DNA of 64,000 nucleotides. It comes from Mobula hypostoma (lineage: Eukaryota). A model generated the notes under the pieces. That model did not search any database. It worked only from the letters and a program-made list of their open reading frames with translations, and was not told the origin of the DNA. The position numbers and the translations under genes are program-made. Location of the stretch: assembly GCF_963921235.1 (NCBI RefSeq), contig NC_086109.1, forward strand, positions 16,060,001 through 16,124,000, read 5' to 3'. Each line of letters opens with the position of its first letter. The first letter of the stretch is position 1. This document shows positions 25,706 through 37,329 of this stretch, in pieces.

Positions 25706-26942
25706 TGTCATATGACGGGGGCGCTGGTGGCAGACCCAAATGCAAGACACAGACACTGAAGTACTAGGAACAGGACAGGATAGAGACGAGAGTTAGGGAT
25801 ATGACTGGATTCAGACTAGGAGCTGGGACAGGAAAACAGACTTGGGCTAGGACATTGGCTAGGCAAGCAGGTCCAGGATTAGGAACTGGGAAATGGGAAC
25901 CTGGGCTTGGACTCCTAGCCAGAGACTGGACAAGGACCCAGAACCTGGGTCTTGGCTCGGGCTTGGACCCCGGAACTAGGTGAGGACATGACGTGGCTAC
26001 AGGACTGGACATGGTTTGGGTTCCTCAAGGCTTGGGTTCTTCGTGGCTTGGGTTCCTCGAGGCAAGGACATGACGAGGTTTGTGTTTGGACTCCGAGCCA
26101 GAAACCGGACAAGGACCCAGAACCTGGGTATTGGCTCGGACTTGGACCCCGGAACTAGGTGAGGACATGACATGGTCTTGGGAGACCATGGACAGGACGA
26201 GGCGGCACAGGGACAGGACGAGAACACAAAGCCTTAACTTGGTACTCAGGAACAGCTGTGCCTTGGGCTTGGGATGACAGGAACCTCGGAACCTTGGACT
26301 CGGGACAACAGGAACGCAGAACACAGAGCCTTGGTCTTGGGGAGGACAGGAACACAGAGCCTTGGTCTAGAGCACAGGAACACAGAGCTTTGGACTTGAG
26401 AGATAGGAACACAGGGACATGGAACGCAGAACCAAGACCCCTCCTTGGGAACAGGACTTGGGGCCTGGGCTCTACTCAGAATGCTGAACACCATGAGACG
26501 GTTCCCCACACTAGGTAGTGGCAAACGGCAAGACCTACCTAGCGAAGGTGTGGACACAGAGACAGTTCCAATTCAACGATAGACAATTCTTTATCTTGAC
26601 ACAGTAAGGCTCCGGTCTCACTCCAGTGGTAGAACTTGACCAGGTCGCAGGGCAAGGCTCCAGACACAGGTCACAGGGCAAGACTCCAGAAGGAGGGGGA
26701 AGAGAAGGGAACAGTCCAGCCTCAGGGTAACGGCAAAGACAGCCTGGCTTACCCAACAGAGGCAAGGACAGGAAGGGACAGATCCAACCGCAGGGTAACA
26801 GCAAAGACAGCCCGACTTACCCCACAAAGGTGAGGACAGGATACTGACAAGACAAACCAGCAACCACACATGAACCTGGAGTCCGGAGTCCATGGACCGG
26901 TCTGTGAACCGGAATGCGGACTTCACGGACCGGACCATGACA
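25706..26942 (-). mobile_element. Solo LTR-like element expanded by internal tandem repeats
   Basis: TG...CA termini, 5-bp TSD CCACT (25701-25705 / 26943-26947); GGACCGGACCATGACA end shared with the family. Confidence 0.85.
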
Positions 26943-27469
26943 CCACTTCGAAGAAAGGATGTGCTGGCATTGGAGAGGGTTTATGAGAATGAATCCTGGA
27001 ATAATCAGTTTAATGTATGAGGAGTGGATGAATACTCTGGGCCTGTACTCACTGGAGTTTAGAAGAATGAGGGGGGATCTCTTTGAGACCTACCCAATAT
27101 TGAAAGGGCTGGACAGAGTGGACACAGAGAGGATGTTTCCAATAGATGGAGAGTCTAGACCAGAGAATTATGGCCTCAGAATACTAGGATGTCACTTTAG
27201 AACAGAGATGAGAAGGAATTTCTTTAGGCAGAGGACTTCATTGCCACAGACAGCTGTGGAGACCACATCACCGGGCATATTTAAAGGAGATGTTAATAGC
27301 TTCTTGATTAGTAAGGACATTAAAAGTTATAGGGAGAGGATAAGAGAATGGGTTTCGGAGGGAAAATAAATCCAACATGATAGAATGGCAGAACAGACTC
27401 AGCAGTGTCGGCGAATTTTTCCATTATGTCTTATGGTCTTCACAATTTGATTTAAATATGATCTGCCCT

Positions 27470-28260
27470 ATCACTTCCAAATCCACCAACCTGCCTCTAT
27501 ATCCTTGAAGATTTTTAATAACTTCCTAGTTATTCACTACACTTCCAGGTTTTCTGTAATTTACAGATATATACATGCCTTTAATATACACTATATTAAG
27601 AAAAGCAGTGAATCTTGTGACAGGTCCCAGGGAACTCTACTATACACGATAAATAACCTTTCACTAGTACTTTCTTTCCTGCCATTTGGTCAATTTTCAG
27701 TTCATGGTCTTGGTTTCCTTTATGCCACTACCTTCAATCCTGAAGACACCTTTTGTACTATATGGTAAGTGTATAGTACCTTTTGGAGATCCATGATTAA
27801 CATATCATCAGCATTTCCTTCACCAATCCTCACTATTAATTCATTGCTACACACTGTTAAGTTAGCTAAATATGATCTTCCTTCACTAAATCCATGCTGG
27901 CTTTCTCTAATCATCAACTCTTCCCAAGTAACTGATAATTTTATTCCTGATAATCGCTTCTAAAACTTTCCCAGCCACCATATAACTTGTCTGTAATTAT
28001 TCCTTTTACCCTTACCTCCTTTTTGAACAAGAATTTAACTTTTGCAATCTTTCTTTTACTTAGGCACCACCCCTGAATCTATAGATGTTTGGCCAGGATC
28101 TCTACAATTTCCTTCCTAAGCAATACAGAGTTCCTTTTATCTTCTGTACCAGATTATCTAAATATTTAAATACAGTAACCTTTCAAGAATCACTTTTCTA
28201 TCAATTTTAGTCCACCCAGAATTTCAACCACATCTTTCTTTGCTAAGACTCCAGCAGCAT
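27470..28260 (-). mobile_element. Old CR1 RT fragment
   Basis: ORF 27720-27917 reads IRESQHGFSEGRSYLANL, a CR1 RT motif. Confidence 0.65.
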
Positions 28261-28685
28261 CAACTATAGTCAATTCAGATTAGTTTCATTGACTGATACC
28301 TCCCTTTAGGCCTCAAGGTAGAATTGTTGATAACACATTCTATCACTTCGCTGATGACCAGAATTTGACTGATTGGCAGTAATTAGACAGAATTGAACTT
28401 GTCCTGGAGTTATGAATTACTTGGAGTTATGAAAAACGCCTGGGCATTTTCCAAGTTTGTCAGGCAAAATGCTGTTGTGGTAAATAATGATGAAGCAGGT
28501 ACTTGGGAAATATTTTCACCATTACAACATAGAAATTGTGGCACCAAAGTTACAGCCATCAAACTCCCCCACTCAATGGTCAGTAATGGCCAAATATTCT
28601 ACAGCTTTTTCCAAGTTTTGTTTTAGGGATAACCATTAGTTTACAGCCCTTTGAAAAGTTAGCGCCTCTGTTGAATATTCTTTCG

Positions 28686-29370
28686 GGAGGAGAAGATGGC
28701 GGCGCGACGCAGCATGCAGTTGCCACTCCGGTGAATGATATCTGTTATTTGTCAAGTAGGGTGTCGTGCACAATCCTGATTTGATGCAGGCAGATGTGAG
28801 AGCACGGAGGAACATCTGGTGAAACTTCTGAAATGCCTGTTTCGCTGCTGCTGCTACTGTGTGATCCAGAATCTCCGGAGGGGAAGGCCCCGAGTCCTCG
28901 GCTTTGCTTGTTGGTCAGCGGCCGGGGCAGGGTCGAAGCGCTCGGCAGAGATGGTGCTCGGTGCTCGGTGTCGGAGGACTGGTCGGAGGCTCGAAGTTTT
29001 CGGACGGACTCAGAGTCGGTTGTGGTCGGGTGCTTCCAGTGCATCGGCAAGTTTGCAGCGCTTTGGAGGTTCATGGCAGGCAGAGTTTCTCCCGTTTACC
29101 GTCTGAGTGAGATGATGGGGCTACCGGGACTTGAGACTTCTTTTACCGTGCCCATGGTCTGCTCTTTATCAAATTACAGTATTGTTTTGCACTGTTGTAA
29201 CTATATGTCATAATTATGTGGTTTTGTCAGTTTTAGTCTTGGTTTGTCCTGTATTTCTGTGATGTCTTTCTGGAGGAACATTGTATCATTTTTTAATGCA
29301 TGCATTTCTAAATGACAATAAATGAGGACTGAGTGTCCTCATAATCTAATCTAATCTAATCTAATCTAAT
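28686..29370 (+). mobile_element. About 680-bp non-autonomous retroposon, copy 2
   Basis: Starts near AAGATGGCGG and ends in (TAATC)n; colinear with 8764-9425. Confidence 0.75.
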
Positions 29371-30044
29371 TATGCATTTTTTTGTCTAGATATTATCTTG
29401 AGTTATCAGACCTTATAATATTCCAGAAGGGAGGGAAACTCAAGGAGGAAAGATAGAAGAGGAAACAATGAGGGAGGATGAAGAAGAACTTGAATAGATG
29501 TTTGGAGAGAAAGAGGGAAGAATGAAAAGGGAAGGGTAGAGAGATGATATGGTTAGGAAAAGAACAGGAGGTAGGTGGGGTGGAAGTATTTCATTCTGAT
29601 ATGCATGGTCAGCTTACATATTTTGAGGGATCTTTTCTTTGCCTATGCCCATTTCATCATTCTTTAACTAAAATTAATTTTGAGATGCAATGTAAACTCA
29701 ATGAAAATATAGTTTAATGACTGTCCTCCCATTATTGAATATTGCCTTTTGAAATTCCTTCAGCCCGTGTGCTGTGAGGTTATTCTCCACCCCTGTAAGT
29801 GAAGAGTATGCTGATTTCAAAAAGAACTTCAAATGAATTGCAGTCAGATTCACCACCAGGCAATCTAGAAACTTGATCTTCAACATTCTGATAGCCCTGT
29901 TTCAGCATAGCAGAATAGCACCTCAAGAACATATAAAGCAGCCAAGTGGGTTCAAAAAGGTCAGCTCTGACTCAGTTAGTAGTCTTGTCACCTTTGCTTC
30001 TGAAGATGAAAACTCAAGTCTCATAAGCCTATGTTCAAACCTCA

Positions 30045-30430
30045 GAATGAGAATCAAAATGAGATTTATTATCACTGATATATATGATATGAAATCTGCT
30101 GTTTTACAGCAACGGTACAGTGCAAAGACACCAAAAATTATTATTAAGTAGAAAAATAAATAGTGCCAAAAAAAAGGAATATCAAGATAGTGTTTACAGC
30201 TTTATGGACCATTCAGAAATCTGATGGTAGAGGGGAAAAACTGCTTCTGAATTGTCTTCAGGATATTTGGACTCCTATACCTCAGAAGAGGGCATGTCCC
30301 AGGTGGTGAGGGTCCTTCGTGATGGATATCGCTTTCTTAAGGCACTGCCTCTTAATGTATCCTCAGCTGTGAGGAAGGATGGAGCTGGAAGAGGCTACAA
30401 CCTTCGGTAGCCTCTTGCAAACTGGAGCGG
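30045..30430 (-). mobile_element. Rex1-type LINE 3' fragment
   Basis: Reverse complement gives the IxKDPHHxGH region and a tail ending GTGATAATAAATCTCATTTTGATTCT. Confidence 0.6.
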
Positions 30431-32091
30431 TCGCCAGGGCTTGGTGCAGTGTTGGTGTTGTGCCTCTGACGTTGAGGCACTGTCTATTCTTGTGGATAGC
30501 CTTAAAAGATCCCGTGCTCAATGTGAGGAAAAGCAGAAGAGACTGGTCTTTTACCATCAACCAGACAGTCAGCCAAACTCCATTCAAAACTGACATGGTA
30601 GTCAGGATATAACATCCCAGCTCACTGGTTTTATTGCAGATTCAGTGGCGCGACATTGTGAATAACAGGTGACACTGAAATACTGTGCATTTACTGCACT
30701 GTTCTATTCATACAAGTAAACATGCACAAGTAAGTAAGAACTTTGTTAACTTTCCTGCAGTTAAATATTGCAGGATATTTAGATACAAGTAAATACTACA
30801 GGGTAAATAGTATGCGTAAACCATCAGTATCTACGTTAGTGTCTAATAAATTCAAAAATAGCACTTTATTTCAGCAAAATCTTATTGATACTTTTAGATA
30901 AACTTCTAATTCAATTTCAATTCAATTCAATTCAAGTTTAATTGTCATTCAATCATACATGAACACTCATGAGTACAGCCAAACAAAACAATGTTCCTCT
31001 GGGGTCAAGGTGCAAAACACAATACCAACAGTCACACATAGCAGAAAGCACGCACAAGATTGCAAGCACAAATGGTATCACAGTCATCCAACAAAAGGGA
31101 TCAAAACTTGGAGCATCAATCCACAGTCAACCACAATAGGTCCCGTCTCCCCCCCAAGCGAACACTGTGGCGGGGGGCGGGGGGAGATCAGAACTTACTC
31201 CAGCCTAAACAATATAACGTCAACTTACAAGCAAATACTTCTGCTGGGGAAACGATAGGATGGCTTTAGATAGGAAGCTCCTGACATAAACATCTGGCCT
31301 TCTGCCAGTCAAATTGCTTTCCTACTTCCTATTTCTTGGCTTTGCAGGAAGTGACTAAATACAAAGCTGAAACTGCTTATTTTAAAATAAAAGCTGTGTG
31401 TGGTTAATCACATAGAAAAGAAAATCAATTGCCTGAAGAGTGGAACATTGACAATATTTGACCAATTTCATTTTCATGTTGTTGATTATGGGAGTTTGCC
31501 ATGTTCAAATCATGTTTGTATTTTCAAGACACATCAATCATTTTAAATCAAAAGTAATCCATGGGTTTTAAACAGCTGTGAAGCATTATGAAAGGCTCTC
31601 CATTGATGCAAGCTTGTCTTCCTGATTCAGACTTGCTTTGTGTATTATTGCAGAAATTGCAAGTTTCATGGATTTTAGGCTTCACTGACAGTTCACTGAA
31701 TATCATTTTTGATGTGATCAGTGGACCTACCACTAAAGGGAATAAACACAGCTCTCAATTGCAAATATAGAAAAACTGAAAATATTCTCAACTGCAAATG
31801 GATCATGTTGTATATTTAATATTTTAGTAACATAGTCATCAAAGATCTCACTGTTAAAGGAGCGGACATCGTCATCGGATTTCGATGGACAACCGAAGAA
31901 GAAGATTTTTGTAATATTGTAAATATATTGTTGGATTAAGCATTTTTTGTTCATTGGAATGATTCATTATGGGTTATTTATACAAAGTACATGAATGGCA
32001 TACATTATTACTCCACCATATGTAGGCACCTCACTAAAGTAAAGACAAAACTAGAGTAGATATGTTATCTCCTAGCTCCATAGTTTAATTT

Positions 32092-32306
32092 CATCAAAGT
32101 TGCTGGTGAACGCAGCAGGCCAGGCAGCATCTATAGGAAGAGGCGCAGTCGACGTTTCAGGCCGAGACCCTTCGGTCCTGACGAAGGGTCTCGGCCTGAA
32201 ACGTCGACTGCGCCTCTTCCTATAGATGCTGCCTGGCCTGCTGCGTTCACCAGCAACTTTGATGTATGTTGCTTGAATTTCCAGCATCTGCAGAATTCCT
32301 GTTGTT
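32092..32306 (+). mobile_element. Palindromic PLE-derived insertion
   Basis: 83-bp perfect inverted arms (32092-32174 / 32182-32264), 7-nt loop, 13-bp TSD TAGTTTAATTTCA (32081-32093 / 32307-32319). Confidence 0.9.
32173..32210 (+). ncRNA. Minimal type I hammerhead ribozyme motif (PLE-type)
   Basis: CGGTC-CTGACGA-AGG(gtctcgg)CCT-GAAA-C-GTC^GACTG: conserved core, 3-bp helix II, helix I CGGTC/GACTG, and a palindromic ACGT in place of helix III. Activity not tested. Confidence 0.75.
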
Positions 32307-32585
32307 TAGTTTAATTTCAATTGGTTTTATGTTCTGGAGTTACAAAATATAACAGTGGCAATAAGGAAGGATTAGCATGAGCCCAAGGTGACTACTTAAC
32401 CTGTTGAAGCACAGTGAGAATTATTTAAAAAGTGCACTGAGGTGTTTGAGTTTAAAAAATTCATAGCACTTGTTCTTCGGAAGAGAAAGCCAGTCAAGTT
32501 GAAAGAAAAGGCAGAAACCGGACAAGTTCATGTGCTTCTAAGCAGAGAGTACCAGGTGATTCTGCCTGTCTTCTTGGAGCACGTT

Positions 32586-33610
32586 TCTCCAAGTGGGGTC
32601 TGACCAGTGTGCTATACAGCTGTAACATTACCTCTTGGCTCTTAAACTCAATCACATGATTGATGAAGGCCAATGCACCGTATGCCTTCTCAACCACACA
32701 GTCAACCTGCGCAGCAGTTTTGAGTGTCATATGGACTTGGACCCCAAGATCCCTCTGATCCTCCACACTGCTAAGAGTCTTACCATTAATACTATATTCT
32801 GCCATCATATTTGACCTACCAAAATGAACCACCTCACACTTCTCTGGGTTGAACTCCATTTACCACTTCTCAGCCCAGTTTTGCATCTTATCGATGTCCC
32901 ACTATAATCTCTGACAGCCCTCCACACTATCCACAACACCCCCAACATTTGTATCATCAGCAAATTTACTAACTTAACCCTTTCACTTCCTCATCCAGGT
33001 CATTTATAAAAATCACAAAGAGAAGGGGTCCCAGAATAGATTCCTGAGGCATATCACTGGTCACCACCCTCCATGCAGAATATGACCCATCTACAACCAC
33101 CCCTTGCCTTCGATGGGCAAGCCAATTCTGGATCCAGAAGGCAAGGTCCCCTTGGATCCCATGTCCCCTTACTTTCTCAATAAACCTTGCATGGGGTACC
33201 TTATCAAATGCCTTGCTGAAGTCCATATACACTACACCTACTGCTCTTCCTTCATCAATGTGTTTAGTCACCTCCTCAAAAAATTCAATTAGGCTCGTAA
33301 GGCAAAACCTGCCTTTGATAAAGCCATGCTGACTATTCCTTGTCATATTATGCCTCTCCAAATGTTCATGAATCCTGCTTCTCAGGATCTTCTCCATCAA
33401 CTTATCAACCACTGAAGTAAGACTCACTGGTCTATAATTTCCTGGGCTATCTCTACCCCCTTTCTTGAATAAGGGAACAACATCTGCAACCCTCCAGTCC
33501 TCCAGAACCTCTCCCGTCCCCATTGATAATGCAAAGATCATTGCCAAAGGCTCAGCAATCTCCTCCCTCACCTCCCACAGTAGCCTGGGGTATATCTTGT
33601 CCTGTCCCAG
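32586..33610 (-). mobile_element. CR1 RT fragment truncated at both ends
   Basis: ORFs 32969-33733 and 32494-32859 contain NYRPVSLTS, QHGF, YMDFSKAFDKVPH and LVRPHLE. Confidence 0.9.
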
Positions 33611-33684
33611 TATAATGAGTTGGAGTTTATAGTTAAGCAGGAAAGAGTGTTGTATATGTAATATTTGAGTAGTATTATAAATTG

Positions 33685-33892
33685 CTGGCCAGTCTTGTTG
33701 TGGCATCGGCATTGGCATCGGACTTCGAGACAAGTGGTCCCGGTTTCAAAACCAGCTGGCCACTTGCACGCTTTCCATCAGGGCTAGTTTGAGCATCAAG
33801 CTAGCAACTCGGCATCATTAAAACAGACGTATGCTAAAGAAACAGCAAGAATGCCACCCAGTGTTCCACAAGGCGTGAAAAGGAACAACAAG
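33685..33892 (+). mobile_element. tRNA-headed SINE with RTE-like tail inside the 3' LTR
   Basis: Degenerate A/B boxes and a (CAA)n tail; interrupts LTR homology with 31806-32354. Confidence 0.55.
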
Positions 33893-34334
33893 TGTATCGT
33901 TTGATTAAGCATTCTTAGTTTGTTTGAATGATTCATTATGGATTATAAGTACAGAGTACGTCAATGGCATACATCATTACACCACTGCATCACATGCACA
34001 CACTTCAGTAAGTAAAAATTAAACAAGTGTAGCTATGTTACCTTCTGGCTTTCAATTAGTTTTATACTTTGGAGTTTCAAAACACAACAGATCACAGTGA
34101 ATATTCATGTTACGTCCTTGTGTTGCTAGCAACATCTAAAGCTCTTAAGATGTTATGTTGTTTTTGTCCCCAGCACATATTATTATTGTGTACTGTGGTG
34201 AATCGAGTTGCCACACTGCTCTACAGGGACTCATCATTCATCACTTATGTTTGTGGCTCAGTCGGTAGTTTGTGCCTCTGAGTTGGCAGACCATGAATTC
34301 AGTTTCACAGAAATGGTCACATTGGTTGTATAAA

Positions 34335-34900
34335 GCAAATGCCTTGCAAGGCATTGGTTAGACTGCACTTGGAGTATTGTGAGTAATTTTGGGCCGCTTG
34401 TCTGAGAAAGGATGTACTGGCATCGGAAAGGGTCCGGAGGAGGTTCATGGGAATGATCCTGAGAATGAAAGGGTTAACATATGAGGAGCATGTGATGGCT
34501 CTGGACCTGAACTGACTAGAGTTTAGCAGAATGAAGGGGGAATCTCATTGAATATTGAAAGGTCTGGATAGAGTGGATGTAGGGAGGATGTCTCCAATAA
34601 TGGCCAGGGTTACAGCCTCAGAATATAAGGGCATATCCTTAGAACAGAGATGAGGAAGAATTTCTTCAGCCAAAGGGTAGTGAATCTGTGGAATACATTG
34701 CTACAGTTGGCTATGGAGTCCAAGTCACTGGGTATATTTAAAGTGGAGGGTGATATGTTCTTGATTAGTAAGGACTTCAAGCATTGTATGGATAAGTCAG
34801 GATAATAGAGTTGAAAGGGAAAATTAATAAGCCATGATTAAATGGCAGAGCAGACTCGATGGGCTGAATGGCTAATTCTGCTCTTATGTCTTATGGTCTT
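34335..34900 (+). mobile_element. CR1 3' fragment
   Basis: CACTTGGAGTATTGTGAG...GATGGGCTGAATGGCTAATTCTGCTC 3' end. Confidence 0.75.
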
Positions 34901-36189
34901 GTGGTCTTTTGCTGTTTGTGAGCTTGTTGACTCCTACTTTCCTCCTGCAGTTATTCAACTGTGCAGAGCTTTGGGGCATTCTGCGATTGTGAAGGGTTCT
35001 CTATAAATAACTCCAGCATGGATTGTCCCAAGCCCGGCTTTGAAACACAGAAGGTTGGGCATGGGGCTAGCAACCCCATCCTGTAAAACCCCAGAGCTGC
35101 AGAATCACCAACAAGAACTTCTGTGACCTTATCCCTGGGTGAGGAAGGATCTTCAAAGATGGACTACACCTGGAGACAACTTGAAAGACTGGCCCAGGGC
35201 AGAGGGCTGACTCTAAGGAGCTGCTATTGGAGGCCTTTGCCCAGGTTGGGGTGATGGGCTTAAACAATGGACTCACTTTCCAGAACTCTTCATCTCATGT
35301 TCTCAATATTTATTGCTTATTTATTTATTATTATTCTTTCTTTCTTTTTTATTATTTCTTTTTGTATTTGCACAGTTTGTTGTCTCCTGCACTCTGAATG
35401 GATGGCCAATATGGGCCGTCTTTCATTGATTCTGTTATGGCTATAATTGTATAGATTTATTGAGTATGCCCACAAGAAAATGAATCTCATTGTTGTACAT
35501 GGGGACATAAACAATGTGTACTTTGATAATAAATTTACTTTGAACTTTGAAGAAAAAGAAGAATAGGCTCTATAAATGCAAGCATTTTCTTTACTAGTTT
35601 GGAGGATTAGTTTGTGGCACGTTTCCTGGAATTCTAACTTTCACAGGTTAAAATATGAATGAACCAAGTGTGTTTGGATTGATAGGCCATAAACAAACTG
35701 TACCCCAATATCTGTGATATAATTGTACATACTGCAGAAGATAGATTAGTACTGTAAAGCAACAAGCTGTACAGCCCATGATGTTATGCCGAACTAATTA
35801 AAATTGTAAGTGCTTTACTAAACTAATTGCTTCTGCTTGCACAATGGTCATATCTCTTCATTCTCTGCACATTCATGTGCATATCTACAAGTCTTTGAAA
35901 CACATCTATCATATTTGCTTCCCCTACCAACCCTGGCAGGTTATTGCAGAACCCCGCCACTCTCTGTGTAAAAAAAAACTTGCTGCTTTGGTTCATTCTG
36001 TTTACTTCAATCAAGCACAGAGGTTCAACATTTCACTCGAAAGGTTACACTTCCATCAATACTCCCTCAGTACTTGTTAATTATACCGAACAGCAGTCTA
36101 AACCATGTGTACAAGACCATGAAGTGAAGCATGAACTGCAGTGTCTGTAGGCTCTTTAGTACTGATGCTTTCAAAGGCGAATTATATAG

Positions 36190-36517
36190 TTAGAGTGATC
36201 TAACTATGGAAGGTTGTAATTTCAGAGACTAGGGTTCAATTCCCACTGCTGTCTGTATGAACTTTGTACACTCTCCCAAAGTCCACATGCATTTCCTCAA
36301 GGTATTCCGGTTTCCTCCCACATTCCAAGGATGTACAGGTTAGTTAGCGGTTACTAAGTTATTGGGATGCTATGTTGGTGCCAGAAGCATGGTAACGTTT
36401 GCAGGCTGCCCCCAGCATGTCCTCAAACTGTGTTGGTCATCGTCGTAAATGACGTGTTTCACTGCATGTTTCAATGTTTAAATGTACATGCGACACACAA
36501 AGCTAATCTTTATCTTT
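36190..36517 (+). mobile_element. V-domain SINE
   Basis: B box GGTTCAATTCC and V core; colinear with 22400-22735. Confidence 0.75.
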
Positions 36518-37329
36518 AATTTTATAAACTAACTGTAGTATCTTCTAAGATAATATAGTTACAGGCACACCATATTGTACGTTCAGTTCCTGCAAATATA
36601 TGTACACATATGCCATCCACTGTTTCCTTAATAAAAGATGTATACAAATCATTAATTATTTACATACTAGTAACTTTTTCCATTTCTATCCTTCCATAAG
36701 ATCACTTGTGTTCTTTGTTTCTAGAACTCTTTGCAGCTGACTGCCCTCAACACGTCTGAAATCTTCACTCTTTTCCGGTGAATCACTTCTCCAGATAAGC
36801 TTGCAGTATTGAAAATTCTGGAAATATTTTGTAAGTCAGGCACTACAGCTGGTGAGGAGAAACAGAGTGAATGTTCCACTTGATGACCTGGAGCCTTTTT
36901 GCTTTTCCTACACATCTAGTTTTACATCCAGAATGTCAGACACTGCTTCTACACAATTGCCTTTGTAGTTGTGAACATATTGTATTAAATATTATTACCA
37001 TCTTCTTGATGTCATTATTTATCTATTTATTTATCTATCTATCTACCTATCTATCTGTCTTTTTTTGAAATCACACAGTTTGTCTTCTTTTGCACATTGG
37101 TTGTTTGTCAATCTTTGTGTGTAGTTTTTCACCGAGTCTATTGTATTTCTTTGTTTTACTGTGAATGCCTGCAAGAAAATGAATCTTAGGGTAGTATGTG
37201 GCTGCATATAAATACTTCGATAATAAGAGCGTGAGTGGGCCAGTGAAGGAGTGAAGCTTTGAGGCTTTGACTCGAGAGGCTTCGACAAGAAGAGGCGGAG
37301 GACAAGCTAGCTCGCAGTTAGTTTTTACA

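Larger units (their letters stand above)
24565..27440 (+). mobile_element. CR1 ORF2 3' half interrupted by two LTR-like insertions
   Basis: RT motifs (WIEDWLTGRTQR, SVLGPQLF, FADYTKIGG) and C-terminus LGLYSLEFRRMRGDL; continuous once the inserts are removed. Confidence 0.85.
31806..34089 (+). mobile_element. Two-LTR retroelement (Gypsy-like) lacking gag/pol, with nested insertions
   Basis: 5' LTR 31806-32354 and 3' LTR 33648-34089 (both TGTTG..AACA), 5-bp TSD GATCA (31801-31805 / 34090-34094), PBS-like GTGGCAATAAGG after the 5' LTR, purine tract AAGCAGGAAAGAG before the 3' LTR. Confidence 0.85.

Noticed and set aside
25764..26938. Stack of overlapping Pro/Gly/Arg-rich ORFs, or a CRISPR-like array
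   Set aside because: Produced by degenerate tandem repeats inside an LTR; there is no constant repeat with unique spacers, and the context is eukaryotic.
32092..32264. MITE or pre-miRNA interpretation of the palindrome
   Set aside because: The arms match PLE ends seen elsewhere in the window, the element has an asymmetric 42-nt tail, and the 13-bp TSD is unlike the TA or 8-bp TSDs of the local DNA transposons.
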